From contig OZ059897.1 of NCBI GenBank assembly GCA_964057225.1, forward strand, positions 7,874,001-7,938,000: a DNA stretch of 64,000 nucleotides, read 5' to 3'. The position numbers and the translations under genes were made by a program. Below are positions 44,083 to 59,000 of this stretch, piece after piece. How positions within the stretch are numbered: the first letter of the stretch is position 1; each line of letters starts with the position of its first letter. Source of the DNA: Auanema rhodensis. Its lineage: Eukaryota > Animalia > Nematoda. The notes under the pieces are model-generated. The model saw nothing but the letters and a program-made list of their open reading frames with translations. It was not told the origin of the DNA and made no database searches.

Positions 44083-47000
44083 TCATCTCTTTTTGCTTCA
44101 ACACCTTTTGAATCTGGATAAAGTACATTTCTGATATTTTCAAAGTGTGGACCCAATGACTTGTAGTTCGAACTTGATGTGCCAAGATATAACGAGAGCG
44201 TCAGCCCGCGTGGCCTAATGGATAAGGCGTCTGACTTCTAATCAGAAGATTGTCGGTTCGATCCCGGCCGTGGGCTTCATCTCTTTTTGCTTCAACACCT
44301 TTTGAATCTGGATAAAGTACATTTCTGATATTTTCAAAGTGTGGACCCAATGACTTGTAGTTCGAACTTGATGTGCCAAGATATAACGAGAGCGTCAGCC
44401 CGCGTGGCCTAATGGATAAGGCGTCTGACTTCTAATCAGAAGATTGTCGGTTCGATCCCGGCCGTGGGCTTCATCTCTTTTTGCTTCAACACCTTTTGAA
44501 TCTGGATAAAGTACATTTCTGATATTTTCAAAGTGTGGACCCAATGACTTGTAGTTCGAACTTGATGTGCCAAGATATAACGAGAGCGTCAGCCCGCGTG
44601 GCCTAATGGATAAGGCGTCTGACTTCTAATCAGAAGATTGTCGGTTCGATCCCGGCCGTGGGCTTCATCTCTTTTTGCTTCAACACCTTTTGAATCTGGA
44701 TAAAGTACATTTCTGATATTTTCAAAGTGTGGACCCAATGACTTGTAGTTCGAACTTGATGTGCCAAGATATAACGTGAGCGTCAGCCCGCGGGGCCTAA
44801 TGGATAAGGCGTCTGACTTCTAATCAGAAGATTGTCGGTTCGATCCCGGCCGTGGGCTTCATCTCTTTTTGCTTCAACACCTTTTGAATCTGGATAAAGT
44901 ACATTTTTGATATTTTCAAATTGTGGACCCAATGACTTGTAGTTCGAACTTGATGTGCCAAGATATTAGGAGAGCGTCAGCCCGCGTGGCCTAATGGATA
45001 AGGCGTCTGACTTCTAATCAGAAGATTGTCGGTTCGATCCCGGCCGTGGGCTTCATCTCTTTTTGCTTCAACACCTTTTGAATCTGGATAAAGTACATTT
45101 TTGATATTTTCAAACTCGGGACCCAATGACTTGTAGTTCGAACTTGATGTGCCAAGATATAAAGAGAGCGTCAGCCCGCGTGGCCTAATGGATAAGGCGT
45201 CTGACTTCTAATCAGAAGATTGTCGGTTCGATCCCGGCCGTGGGCTTCATCTCTTTTTGCTTCAACACCTTTTGAATCTGGATAAAGTACATTTTTGATA
45301 TTTTCAAAGTCGGGACCCAATGACTTGTAGTTCGAACTTGATGTGCCAAGATATAAAGAGAGCGTCAGCCCGCGTGGCCTAATGGATAAGGCGTCTGACT
45401 TCTAATCAGAAGATTGTCGGTTCGATCCCGGCCGTGGGCTTCATCTCTTTTTGCTTCAACACCTTTTGAATCTGGATAAAGTACATTTCTGATATTTTCA
45501 AATTGTGGACCCAATGACTTGTAGTTCGAACTTGATGTGCCAAGATATAACGAGAGCGTCAGCCCGCGTGGCCTAATGGATAAGGCGTCTGACTTCTAAT
45601 CAGAAGATTGTCGGTTCGATCCCGGCCGTGGGCTTCATCTCTTTTTGCTTCAACACCTTTTGAATCTGGATAAAGTACATTTCTGATATTTTCAAATTGT
45701 GGACCCAATGACTTGTAGTTCGAACTTGATGTGCCAAGATATTAGGAGAGCGTCAGCCCGCGTGGCCTAATGGATAAGGCGTCTGACTTCTAATCAGAAG
45801 ATTGTCGGTTCGATCCCGGCCGTGGGCTTCATCTCTTTTTGCTTCAACACCTTTTGAATCTGGATAAAGTACATTTCTGATATTTTCAAAGTGTGGACCC
45901 AATGACTTGTAGTTCGAACTTGATGTGCCAAGATATAACGAGAGCGTCAGCCCGCGTGGCCTAATGGATAAGGCGTCTGACTTCTAATCAGAGGATTGTC
46001 GGTTCGATCCCGGCCGTGGGCTTCATCTCTTTTTGCTTCAACACCTTTTGAATCTGGATAAAGTACATTTCTGATATTTTCAAAGTGTGGACCCAATGAC
46101 TTGTAGTTCGAACTTGATGTGCCAAGATATAACGTGAGCGTCAGCCCGCGTGGCCTAATGGATAAGGCGTCTGACTTCTAATCAGAAGATTGTCGGTTCG
46201 ATCCCGGCCGTGGGCTTCATCTCTTTTTGCTTCAACACCTTTTGAATCTGGATAAAGTACATTTCTGATATTTTCAAAGTGTGGACCCAATGACTTGTAG
46301 TTCGAACTTGATGTGCCAAGATATAACGAGAGCGTCAGCCCGCGTGGCCTAATGGATAAGGCGTCTGACTTCTAATCAGAAGATTGTCGGTTCGATCCCG
46401 GCCGTGGGCTTCATCTCTTTTTTCTTCAACACCTTTTGAATCTGGATAAAGTACATTTTTGATATTTTCAAAGTCGGGACCCAATGACTTGTAGTTCGAA
46501 CTTGATGTGCCAAGATATAACGAGAGCGTCAGCCCGTGTGACCTAATGGATAAGGCGTCTGACTTCTAATCAGAAGATTGTCGGTTCGATCCCGGCCGTG
46601 GGCTTCATCTCTTTTTGCTTCAACACCTTTTGAATCTGGATAAAGTACTTTTCTGATATTTTCAAATTGTGGACCCAATGACTTGTAGTTCGAACTTGAT
46701 GTGCCAAGATATTAGGAGAGCGTCAGCCCGCGTGGCCTAATGGATAAGGCGTCTGACTTCTAATCAGAAGATTGTCGGTTCGATCCCGGCCGTGGGCTTC
46801 ATCTCTTTTTGCTTCAACACCTTTTGAATCTGGATAAAGTACATTTCTGATATTTTCAAATTGTGGACCCAATGACTTGTAGTTCGAACTTGATGTGCCA
46901 AGATATTAGGAGAGCGTCAGCCCGCGTGGCCTAATGGATAAGGCGTCTGACTTCTAATCAGAAGATTGTCGGTTCGATCCCGGCCGTGGGCTTCATCTCT

Positions 47001-50000
47001 TTTTGCTTCAACACCTTTTGAATCTGGATAAAGTACATTTCTGATATTTTCAAACTCGGGACCCAATGACTTGTAGTTCGAACTTGATGTGCCAAGATAT
47101 AAAGAGAGCGTCAGCCCGCGTGGCCTAATGGATAAGGCGTCTGACTTCTAATCAGAAGATTGTCGGTTCGATCCCGGCCGTGGGCTTCATCTCTTTTTGC
47201 TTCAACACCTTTTGAATCTGGATAAAGTACATTTCTGATATTTTCAAATTGTGGACCCAATGACTTGTAGTTCGAACTTGATGTGCCAAGATATAACGAG
47301 AGCGTCAGCCCGCGTGGCCTAATGGATAAGGCGTCTGACTTCTAATCAGAAGATTGTCGGTTCGATCCCGGCCGTGGGCTTCATCTCTTTTTGCTTCAAC
47401 ACCTTTTGAATCTGGATAAAGTACATTTTTGATATTTTCAAACTCGGGACCCAATGACTTGTAGTTCGAACTTGATGTGCCAAGATATAAAGAGAGCGTC
47501 AGCCCGCGTGGCCTAATGGATAAGGCGTCTGACTTCTAATCAGAAGATTGTCGGTTCGATCCCGGCCGTGGGCTTCATCTCTTTTTGCTTCAACACCTTT
47601 TGAATCTGGATAAAGTACATTTTTGATATTTTCAAAGTCGGGACCCAATGACTTGTAGTTCGAACTTGATGTGCCAAGATATAACGAGAGCGTCAGCCCG
47701 CGTGGCCTAATGGATAAGGCGTCTGACTTCTAATCAGAAGATTGTCGGTTCGATCCCGGCCGTGGGCTTCATCTCTTTTTGCTTCAACACCTTTTGAATC
47801 TGGATAAAGTACATTTCTGATATTTTCAAAGTGTGGACCCAATGACTTGTAGTTCGAACTTGATGTGCCAAGATATAACGAGAGCGTCAGCCCGCGTGGC
47901 CTAATGGATAAGGCGTCTGACTTCTAATCAGAAGATTGTCGGTTCGATCCCGGCCGTGGGCTTCATCTCTTTTTGCTTCAACACCTTTTGAATCTGGATA
48001 AAGTACATTTCTGATATTTTCAAAGTGTGGACCCAATGACTTGTAGTTCGAACTTGATGTGCCAAGATATAACGAGAGCGTCAGCCCGCGTGGCCTAATG
48101 GATAAGGCGTCTGACTTCTAATCAGAAGATTGTCGGTTCGATCCCGGCCGTGGGCTTCATCTCTTTTTGCTTCAACACCTTTTGAATCTGGATAAAGTAC
48201 ATTTCTGATATTTTCAAAGTGTGGACCCAATGACTTGTAGTTCGAACTTGATGTGCCAAGATATAACGAGAGCGTCAGCCCGCGTGGCCTAATGGATAAG
48301 GCGTCTGACTTCTAATCAGAAGATTGTCGGTTCGATCCCGGCCGTGGGCTTCATCTCTTTTTGCTTCAACACCTTTTGAATCTGGATAAAGTACATTTCT
48401 GATATTTTCAAAGTGTGGACCCAATGACTTGTAGTTCGAACTTGATGTGCCAAGATATAACGTGAGCGTCAGCCCGCGGGGCCTAATGGATAAGGCGTCT
48501 GACTTCTAATCAGAAGATTGTCGGTTCGATCCCGGCCGTGGGCTTCATCTCTTTTTGCTTCAACACCTTTTGAATCTGGATAAAGTACATTTTTGATATT
48601 TTCAAATTGTGGACCCAATGACTTGTAGTTCGAACTTGATGTGCCAAGATATTAGGAGAGCGTCAGCCCGCGTGGCCTAATGGATAAGGCGTCTGACTTC
48701 TAATCAGAAGATTGTCGGTTCGATCCCGGCCGTGGGCTTCATCTCTTTTTGCTTCAACACCTTTTGAATCTGGATAAAGTACATTTTTGATATTTTCAAA
48801 CTCGGGACCCAATGACTTGTAGTTCGAACTTGATGTGCCAAGATATAAAGAGAGCGTCAGCCCGCGTGGCCTAATGGATAAGGCGTCTGACTTCTAATCA
48901 GAAGATTGTCGGTTCGATCCCGGCCGTGGGCTTCATCTCTTTTTGCTTCAACACCTTTTGAATCTGGATAAAGTACATTTTTGATATTTTCAAAGTCGGG
49001 ACCCAATGACTTGTAGTTCGAACTTGATGTGCCAAGATATAAAGAGAGCGTCAGCCCGCGTGGCCTAATGGATAAGGCGTCTGACTTCTAATCAGAAGAT
49101 TGTCGGTTCGATCCCGGCCGTGGGCTTCATCTCTTTTTGCTTCAACACCTTTTGAATCTGGATAAAGTACATTTTTGATATTTTCAAACTCGGGACCCAA
49201 TGACTTGTAGTTCGAACTTGATGTGCCAAGATATTAGGAGAGCGTCAGCCCGCGTGGCCTAATGGATAAGGCGTCTGACTTCTAATCAGAAGATTGTCGG
49301 TTCGATCCCGGCCGTGGGCTTCATCTCTTTTTGCTTCAACACCTTTTGAATCTGGATAAAGTACATTTTTGATATTTTCAAACTCGGGACCCAATGACTT
49401 GTAGTTCGAACTTGATGTGCCAAGATATAAAGAGAGCGTCAGCCCGCGTGGCCTAATGGATAAGGCGTCTGACTTCTAATCAGAAGATTGTCGGTTCGAT
49501 CCCGGCCGTGGGCTTCATCTCTTTTTGCTTCAACACCTTTTGAATCTGGATAAAGTACATTTTTGATATTTTCAAAGTCGGGACCCAATGACTTGTAGTT
49601 CGAACTTGATGTGCCAAGATATAACGAGAGCGTCAGCCCGCGTGGCCTAATGGATAAGGCGTCTGACTTCTAATCAGAAGATTGTCGGTTCGATCCCAGC
49701 CGTGGGCTTCATCTCTTTTTGCTTCAACACCTTTTGAATCTGGATAAAGTACATTTCTGATATTTTCAAATTGTGGACCCAATGACTTGTAGTTCGAACT
49801 TGATGTGCCAAGATATTAGGAGAGCGTCAGCCCGCGTGGCCTAATGGATAAGGCGTCTGACTTCTAATCAGAAGATTGTCGGTTCGATCCCGGCCGTGGG
49901 CTTCATCTCTTTTTTCTTCAACACCTTTTGAATCTGGATAAAGTACATTTTTGATATTTTCAAAGTCGGGACCCAATGACTTGTAGTTCGAACTTGATGT

Positions 50001-53000
50001 GCCAAGATATAACGAGAGCGTCAGCCCGTGTGACCTAATGGATAAGGCGTCTGACTTCTAATCAGAAGATTGTCGGTTCGATCCCGGCCGTGGGCTTCAT
50101 CTCTTTTTGCTTCAACACCTTTTGAATCTGGATAAAGTACATTTCTGATATTTTCAAATTGTGGACCCAATGACTTGTTGTTCGAACTTGATGTGCCAAG
50201 ATATAACGAGAGCGTCAGCCCGCGTGGCCTAATGGATAAGGCGTCTGACTTCTAATCAGAAGATTGTCGGTTCGATCCCGGCCGTGGGCTTCATCTCTTT
50301 TTGCTTCAACACCTTTTGAATCTGGATAAAGTACATTTCTGATATTTTCAAATTGTGGACCCAATGACTTGTAGTTCGAACTTGATGTGCCAAGATATTA
50401 GGAGAGCGTCAGCCCGCGTGGCCTAATGGATAAGGCGTCTGACTTCTAATCAGAAGATTGTCGGTTCGATCCCGGCCGTGGGCTTCATCTCTTTTTGCTT
50501 CAACACCTTTTGAATCTGGATAAAGTACATTTTTGATATTTTCAAACTCGGGACCCAATGACTTGTAGTTCGAACTTGATGTGCCAAGATATAAAGAGAG
50601 CGTCAGCCCGCGTGGCCTAATGGATAAGGCGTCTGACTTCTAATCAGAAGATTGTCGGTTCGATCCCGGCCGTGGGCTTCATCTCTTTTTGCTTCAACAC
50701 CTTTTGAATCTGGATAAAGTACATTTTTGATATTTTCAAAGTCGGGACCCAATGACTTGTAGTTCGAACTTGATGTGCCAAGATATAACGAGAGCGTCAG
50801 CCCGCGTGGCCTAATGGATAAGGCGTCTGACTTCTAATCAGAAGATTGTCGGTTCGATCCCGGCCGTGGGCTTCATCTCTTTTTGCTTCAACACCTTTTG
50901 AATCTGGATAAAGTACATTTCTGATATTTTCAAAGTGTGGACCCAATGACTTGTAGTTCGAACTTGATGTGCCAAGATATAACGTGAGCGTCCGCCCGCG
51001 TGGCCTAATGGATAAGGCGTCTGACTTCTAATCAGAAGATTGTCGGTTCGATCCCGGCCGTGGGCTTCATCTCTTTTTGCTTCAACACCTTTTGAATCTG
51101 GATAAAGTACATTTCTGATATTTTCAAATTGTGGACCCAATGACTTGTAGTTCGAACTTGATGTGCCAAGATATTAGGAGAGCGTCAGCCCGCGTGGCCT
51201 AATGGATAAGGCGTCTGACTTCTAATCAGAAGATTGTCGGTTCGATCCCGGCCGTGGGCTTCATCTCTTTTTTCTTCAACACCTTTTGAATCTGGATATA
51301 GTACATTTTTGATATTTTCAAAGTCGGGACCCAATGACTTGTAGTTCGAACTTGATGTGCCAAGATATAACGAGAGCGTCAGCCCGTGTGACCTAATGGA
51401 TAAGGCGTCTGACTTCTAATCAGAAGATTGTCGGTTCGATCCCGGCCGTGGGCTTCATCTCTTTTTGCTTCAACACCTTTTGAATCTGGATAAAGTACAT
51501 TTCTGATATTTTCAAATTGTGGACCCAATGACTTGTAGTTCGAACTTGATGTGCCAAGATATAACGAGAGCGTCAGCCCGCGTGGCCTAATGGATAAGGC
51601 GTCTGACTTCTAATCAGAAGATTGTCGGTTCGATCCCGGCCGTGGGCTTCATCTCTTTTTGCTTCAACACCTTTTGAATCTGGATAAAGTACATTTCTGA
51701 TATTTTCAAATTGTGGACCCAATGACTTGTAGTTCGAACTTGATGTGCCAAGATATTAGGAGAGCGTCAGCCCGCGTGGCCTAATGGATAAGGCGTCTGA
51801 CTTCTAATCAGAAGATTGTCGGTTCGATCCCGGCCGTGGGCTTCATCTCTTTTTGCTTCAACACCTTTTGAATCTGGATAAAGTACATTTCTGATATTTT
51901 CAAAGTGTGGACCCAATGACTTGTAGTTCGAACTTGATGTGCCAAGATATAACGAGAGCGTCAGCCCGCGTGGCCTAATGGATAAGGCGTCTGACTTCTA
52001 ATCAGAAGATTGTCGGTTCGATCCCGGCCGTGGGCTTCATCTCTTTTTGCTTCAACACCTTTTGAATCTGGATAAAGTACATTTCTGATATTTTCAAAGT
52101 GTGGACCCAATGACTTGTAGTTCGAACTTGATGTGCCAAGATATAACGTGAGCGTCAGCCCGCGTGGCCTAATGGATAAGGCGTCTGACTTCTAATCAGA
52201 AGATTGTCGGTTCGATTCCGGCCGTGGGCTTCATCTCTTTTTGCTTCAACACCTTTTGAATCTGGATAAAGTACATTTCTGATATTTTCAAAGTGTGGAC
52301 CCAATGACTTGTAGTTCGAACTTGATGTGCCAAGATATAACGAGAGCGTCAGCCCGCGTGGCCTAATGGATAAGGCGTCTGACTTCTAATCAGAAGATTG
52401 TCGGTTCGATCCCGGCCGTGGGCTTCATCTCTTTTTGCTTCAACACCTTTTGAATCTGGATAAAATACATTTCTGATATTTTCAAAGTGTGGACCCAATG
52501 ACTTGTAGTTCGAACTTGATGTGCCAAGATATTAGGAGAGCGTCAGCCCGCGTGGCCTAATGGATAAGGCGTCTGACTTCTAATCAGAAGATTGTCGGTT
52601 CGATCCCGGCCGTGGGCTTCATCTCTTTTTTCTTCAACACCTTTTGAATCTGGATAAAGTACATTTTTGATATTTTCAAAGTCGGGACCCAATGACTTGT
52701 AGTTCGAACTTGATGTGCCAAGATATAACGAGAGCGTCAGCCCGTGTGACCTAATGGATAAGGCGTCTGACTTCTAATCAGAAGATTGTCGGTTCGATCC
52801 CGGCCGTGGGCTTCATCTCTTTTTGCTTCAACACCTTTTGAATCTGGATAAAGTACATTTCTGATATTTTCAAAGTGTGGACCCAATGACTTGTAGTTCG
52901 AACTTGATGTGCCAAGATATAACGAGAGCGTCAGCCCGCGTGGCCTAATGGATAAGGCGTCTGACTTCTAATCAGAAGATTGTCGGTTCGATCCCGGCCG

Positions 53001-56000
53001 TGGGCTTCATCTCTTTTTGCTTCAACACCTTTTGAATCTGGATAAAATACATTTCTGATATTTTCAAAGTGTGGACCCAATGACTTGTAGTTCGAACTTG
53101 ATGTGCCAAGATATAACGAGAGCGTCAGCCCGCGTGGCCTAATGAATAAAGCGTCTGACTTCTAATCAGAAGATTGTCGGTTCGATCCCGGCCGTGGGCT
53201 TCATCTCTTTTTGCTTCAACACCTTTTGAATCTGGATAAAATACATTTCTGATATTTTCAAAGTGTGGACCCAATGACTTGTAGTTCGAACTTGATGTGC
53301 CAAGATATAACGAGAGCGTCAGCCCGTGTGACCTAATGGATAAGGCGTCTGACTTCTAATCAGAAGATTGTCGGTTCGATCCCGGCCGTGGGCTTCATCT
53401 CTTTTTGCTTCAACACCTTTTGAATCTGGATAAAGTACATTTCTGATATTTTCAAAGTGTGGACCCAATGACTTGTAGTTCGAACTTGATGTGCCAAGAT
53501 ATAACGAGAGCGTCAGCCCGTGTGACCTAATGGATAAGGCGTCTGACTTCTAATCAGAAGATTGTCGGTTCGATCCCGGCCGTGGGCTTCATCTCTTTTT
53601 GCTTCAACACCTTTTGAATCTGGATAAAATACATTTCTGATATTTTCAAAGTGTGGACCCAATGACTTGTAGTTCGAACTTGATGTGCCAAGATATAACG
53701 AGAGCGTCAGCCCGCGTGGCCTAATGGATAAGGCGTCTGACTTCTAATCAGAAGATTGTCGGTTCGATCCCGGCCGTGGGCTTCATCTCTTTTTGCTTCA
53801 ACACCTTTTGAATCTGGATAAAATACATTTCTGATATTTTCAAAGTGTGGACCCAATGACTTGTAGTTCGAACTTGATGTGCCAAGATATAACGAGAGCG
53901 TCAGCCCGCGTGGCCTAATGAATAAAGCGTCTGACTTCTAATCAGAAGATTGTCGGTTCGATCCCGGCCGTGGGCTTCATCTCTTTTTGCTTCAACACCT
54001 TTTGAATCTGGATAAAGTACATTTCTGATATTTTCAAAGTCGGGACCCAATGACTTGTAGTTCGAACTTGATGTGCCAAGATATAAAGAGAGCGTCAGCC
54101 CGCGTGGCCTAATGGATAAGGCGTCTGACTTCTAATCAGAAGATTGTCGGTTCGATCCCGGCCGTGGGCTTCATCTCTTTTTGCTTCAACACCTTTTGAA
54201 TCTGGATAAAGTACATTTCTGATATTTTCAAGTATGGACCCAATGACTTGTAGTTCGAACTTGATGTGCCAAGATATAACGAGAGCGTCAGCCCGCGTGG
54301 CCTAATGGATAAGGCGTCTGACTTCTAATCAGAAGATTGTCGGTTCGATCCCGGCCGTGGGCTTCATCTCTTTTTTCTTCAACACCTTTTGAATCTGGAT
54401 AAAGTACATTTTTGATATTTTCAAAGTCGGGACCCAATGACTTGTAGTTCGAACTTGATGTGCCAAGATATAACGAGAGCGTCAGCCCGTGTGACCTAAT
54501 GGATGAGGCGTCTGACTTCTAATCAGAAGATTGTCGGTTCGATCCCGGCCGTGGGCTTCATCTCTTTTTGCTTCAACACCTTTTGAATCTGGATAAAGTA
54601 CATTTCTGATATTTTCAAATTGTGGACCCAATGACTTGTAGTTCGAACTTGATGTGCCAAGATATTAGGAGAGCGTCAGCCCGCGTGGCCTAATGGATAA
54701 GGCGTCTGACTTCTAATCAGAAGATTGTCGGTTCGATCCCGGCCGTGGGCTTCATCTGTTTTTGCTTCAACACCTTTTGAATCTGGATAAAATACATTTC
54801 TGATATTTTCAAAGTGTGGACCCAATGACTTGTAGTTCGAACTTGATGTGCCAAGATATAACGAGAGCGTCAGCCCGCGTGGCCTAATGAATAAGGCGTC
54901 TGACTTCTAATCAGAAGATTGTCGGTTCGATCCCGGCCGTGGGCTTCATCTCTTTTTGCTTCAACACCTTTTGAATCTGGATAAAGTACATTTCTGATAT
55001 TTTCAAATTGTGGACCCAATGACTTGTAGTTCGAACTTGATGTGCCAAGATATAACGAGAGCGTCAGCCCGTGTGACCTAATGGATAAGGCGTCTGACTT
55101 CTAATCAGAAGATTGTCGGTTCGATCCCGGCCGTGGGCTTCATCTCTTTTTGCTTCAACACCTTTTGAATCTGGATAAAGTACATTTCTGATATTTTCAA
55201 AGTGTGGACCCAATGACTTGTAGTTCGAACTTGATGTGCCAAGATATAAAGAGAGCGTCAGCCCGCGTGGCCTAATGGATAAGGCGTCTGACTTCTAATC
55301 AGAAGATTGTCGGTTCGATCCCGGCCGTGGGCTTCATCTCTTTTTGCTTCAACACCTTTTGAATCTGGATAAAGTACATTTCTGATATTTTCAAAGTGTG
55401 GACCCAATGACTTGTAGTTCGAACTTGATGTGCCAAGATATAACGAGAGCGTCAGCCCGCGTGGCCTAATGGATAAGGCGTCTGACTTCTAATCAGAAGA
55501 TTGTCGGTTCGATCCCGGCCGTGGGCTTCATCTCTTTTTGCTTCAACACCTTTTGAATCTGGATAAAGTACATTTCTGATATTTTCAAAGTGTGGACCCA
55601 ATGACTTGTAGTTCGAACTTGATGTGCCAAGATATAACGAGAGCGTCAGCCCGCGTGGCCTAATGGATAAGGCGTCTGACTTCTAATCAGAAGATTGTCG
55701 GTTCGATCCCGGCCGTGGGCTTCATCTCTTTTTGCTTCAACACCTTTTGAATCTGGATAAAGTACATTTCTGATATTTTCAAAGTGTGGACCCAATGACT
55801 TGTAGTTCGAACTTGATGTGCCAAGATATAACGAGAGCGTCAGCCCGCGTGGCCTAATGGATAAGGCGTCTGACTTCTAATCAGAAGATTGTCGGTTCGA
55901 TCCCGGCCGTGGGCTTCATCTCTTTTTTCTTCAACACCTTTTGAATCTGGATAAAGTACATTTCTGATATTTTCAAAGTGTGGACCCAATGACTTGTAGT

Positions 56001-59000
56001 TCGAACTTGATGTGCCAAGATATAACGAGAGCGTCAGCCCGCGTGGCCTAATGGATAAGGCGTCTGACTTCTAATCAGAAGATTGTCGGTTCGATCCCGG
56101 CCGTGGGCTTCATCTCTTTTTGCTTCAACACCTTTTGAATCTGGATAAAGTACATTTCTGATATTTTCAAAGTGTGGACCCAATGACTTGTAGTTCGAAC
56201 TTGATGTGCCAAGATATAACGAGAGCGTCAGCCCGCGTGGCCTAATGGATAAGGCGTCTGACTTCTAATCAGAAGATTGTCGGTTCGATCCCGGCCGTGG
56301 GCTTCATCTCTTTTTTCTTCAACACCTTTTGAATCTGGATAAAGTACATTTCTGATATTTTCAAAGTGTGGACCCAATGACTTGTAGTTCGAACTTGATG
56401 TGCCAAGATATAACGAGAGCGTCAGCCCGCGTGGCCTAATGGATAAGGCGTCTGACTTCTAATCAGAAGATTGTCGGTTCGATCCCGGCCGTGGGCTTCA
56501 TCTCTTTTTGCTTCAACACCTTTTGAATCTGGATAAAGTACATTTCTGATATTTTCAAATTGTGGACCCAATGACTTGTAGTTCGAACTTGATGTGCCAA
56601 GATATTAGGAGAGCGTCAGCCCGCGTGGCCTAATGGATAAGGCGTCTGACTTCTAATCAGAAGATTGTCGGTTCGATCCCGGCCGTGGGCTTCATCTCTT
56701 TTTGCTTCAACACCTTTTGAATCTGAATAAAGTACATTTCTGATATTTTCAAATTGTGGACCCAATGACTTGTAGTTCGAACTTGATGTGCCAAGATATT
56801 AGGAGAGCGTCAGCCCGCGTGGCCTAATGGATAAGGCGTCTGACTTCTAATCAGAAGAATGTCGGTTCGATCCCGGCCGTGGGCTTCATCTCTTTTTGCT
56901 TCAACACCTTTTGAATCTGGATAAAGTACATTTTTGATATTTTCAAACTCGGGACCCAATGACTTGTAGTTCGAACTTGATGTGCCAAGATATAAAGAGA
57001 GCGTCAGCCCGCGTGGCCTAATGGATAAGGCGTCTGACTTCTAATCAGAAGATTGTCGGTTCGATCCCGGCCGTGGGCTTCATCTCTTTTTGCTTCAACA
57101 CCTTTTGAATCTGGATAAAGTACATTTTTGATATTTTCAAAGTCGGGACCCAATGACTTGTAGTTCGAACTTGATGTGCCAAGATATAACGAGAGCGTCA
57201 GCCCGCGTGGCCTAATGGATAAGGCGTCTGACTTCTAATCAGAAGATTGTCGGTTCGATCCCGGCCGTGGGCTTCATCTCTTTTTGCTTCAACACCTTTT
57301 GAATCTGGATAAAGTACATTTCTGATATTTTCAAAGTGTGGACCCAATGACTTGTAGTTCGAACTTGATGTGCCAAGATATAACGAGAGCGTCAGCCCGC
57401 GTGGCCTAATGGATAAGGCGTCTGACTTCTAATCAGAAGATTGTCGGTTCGATCCCGGCCGTGGGCTTCATCTCTTTTTTCTTCAACACCTTTTGAATCT
57501 GGATAAAGTACATTTCTGATATTTTCAAAGTGTGGACCCAATGACTTGTAGTTCGAACTTGATGTGCCAAGATATAACGAGAGCGTCAGCCCGCGTGGCC
57601 TAATGGATAAGGCGTCTGACTTCTAATCAGAAGATTGTCGGTTCGATCCCGGCCGTGGGCTTCATCTCTTTTTGCTTCAACACCTTTTGAATCTGGATAA
57701 AGTACATTTTTGATATTTTCAAACTCGGGACCCAATGACTTGTAGTTCGAACTTGATGTGCCAAGATATAAAGAGAGCGTCAGCCCGCGTGGCCTAATGG
57801 ATAAGGCGTCTGACTTCTAATCAGAAGATTGTCGGTGCGATCCCGGCCGTGGGCTTCATCTCTTTTTGCTTCAACACCTTTTGAATCTGGATAAAGTACA
57901 TTTCTGATATTTTCAAAGTGTGGACCCAATGACTTGTAGTTCGAACTTGATGTGCCAAGATATAACGAGAGCGTCAGCCCGCGTGGCCTAATGGATAAGG
58001 CGTCTGACTTCTAATCAGAAGATTGTCGGTTCGATCCCGGCCGTGGGCTTCATCTCTTTTTGCTTCAACACCTTTTGAATCTGGATAAAGTACATTTTTG
58101 ATATTTTCAAACTCGGGACCCAATGACTTGTAGTTCGAACTTGATGTGCCAAGATATAACGAGAGCGTCAGCCCGTGTGACCTAATGGATAAGGCGTCTG
58201 ACTTCTAATCAGAAGATTGTCGGTTCGATCCCGGCCGTGGGCTTCATCTCTTTTTGCTTCAACACCTTTTGAATCTGGATAAAGTACATTTCTGATATTT
58301 TCAAAGTGTGGACCCAATGACTTGTAGTTCGAACTTGATGTGCCAAGATATAACGAGAGCGTCAGCCCGCGTGGCCTAATGGATAAGGCGTCTGACTTCT
58401 AATCAGAAGATTGTCGGTTCGATCCCGGCCGTGGGCTTCATCTCTTTTTGCTTCAACACCTTTTGAATCTGGATAAAATACATTTCTGATATTTTCAAAG
58501 TGTGGACCCAATGACTTGTAGTTCGAACTTGATGTGCCAAGATATAACGAGAGCGTCAGCCCGCGTGGCCTAATGAATAAAGCGTCTGACTTCTAATCAG
58601 AAGATTGTCGGTTCGATCCCGGCCGTGGGCTTCATCTCTTTTTGCTTCAACACCTTTTGAATCTGGATAAAGTACATTTCTGATATTTTCAAAGTCGGGA
58701 CCCAATGACTTGTAGTTCGAACTTGATGTGCCAAGATATAAAGAGAGCGTCAGCCCGCGTGGCCTAATGGATAAGGCGTCTGACTTCTAATCAGAAGATT
58801 GTCGGTTCGATCCCGGCCGTGGGCTTCATCTCTTTTTGCTTCAACACCTTTTGAATCTGGATAAAGTACATTTCTGATATTTTCAAGTATGGACCCAATG
58901 ACTTGTAGTTCGAACTTGATGTGCCAAGATATAACGAGAGCGTCAGCCCGCGTGGCCTAATTTATAAGGCGTCTGACTTCTAATCAGAAGATTGTCGGTT

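Noticed and set aside
50838-51140. 100-aa minus-strand ORF in the array
   Set aside because: A point variant (GTCCGCC) removes a stop in one repeat unit; artefact of the repeat.
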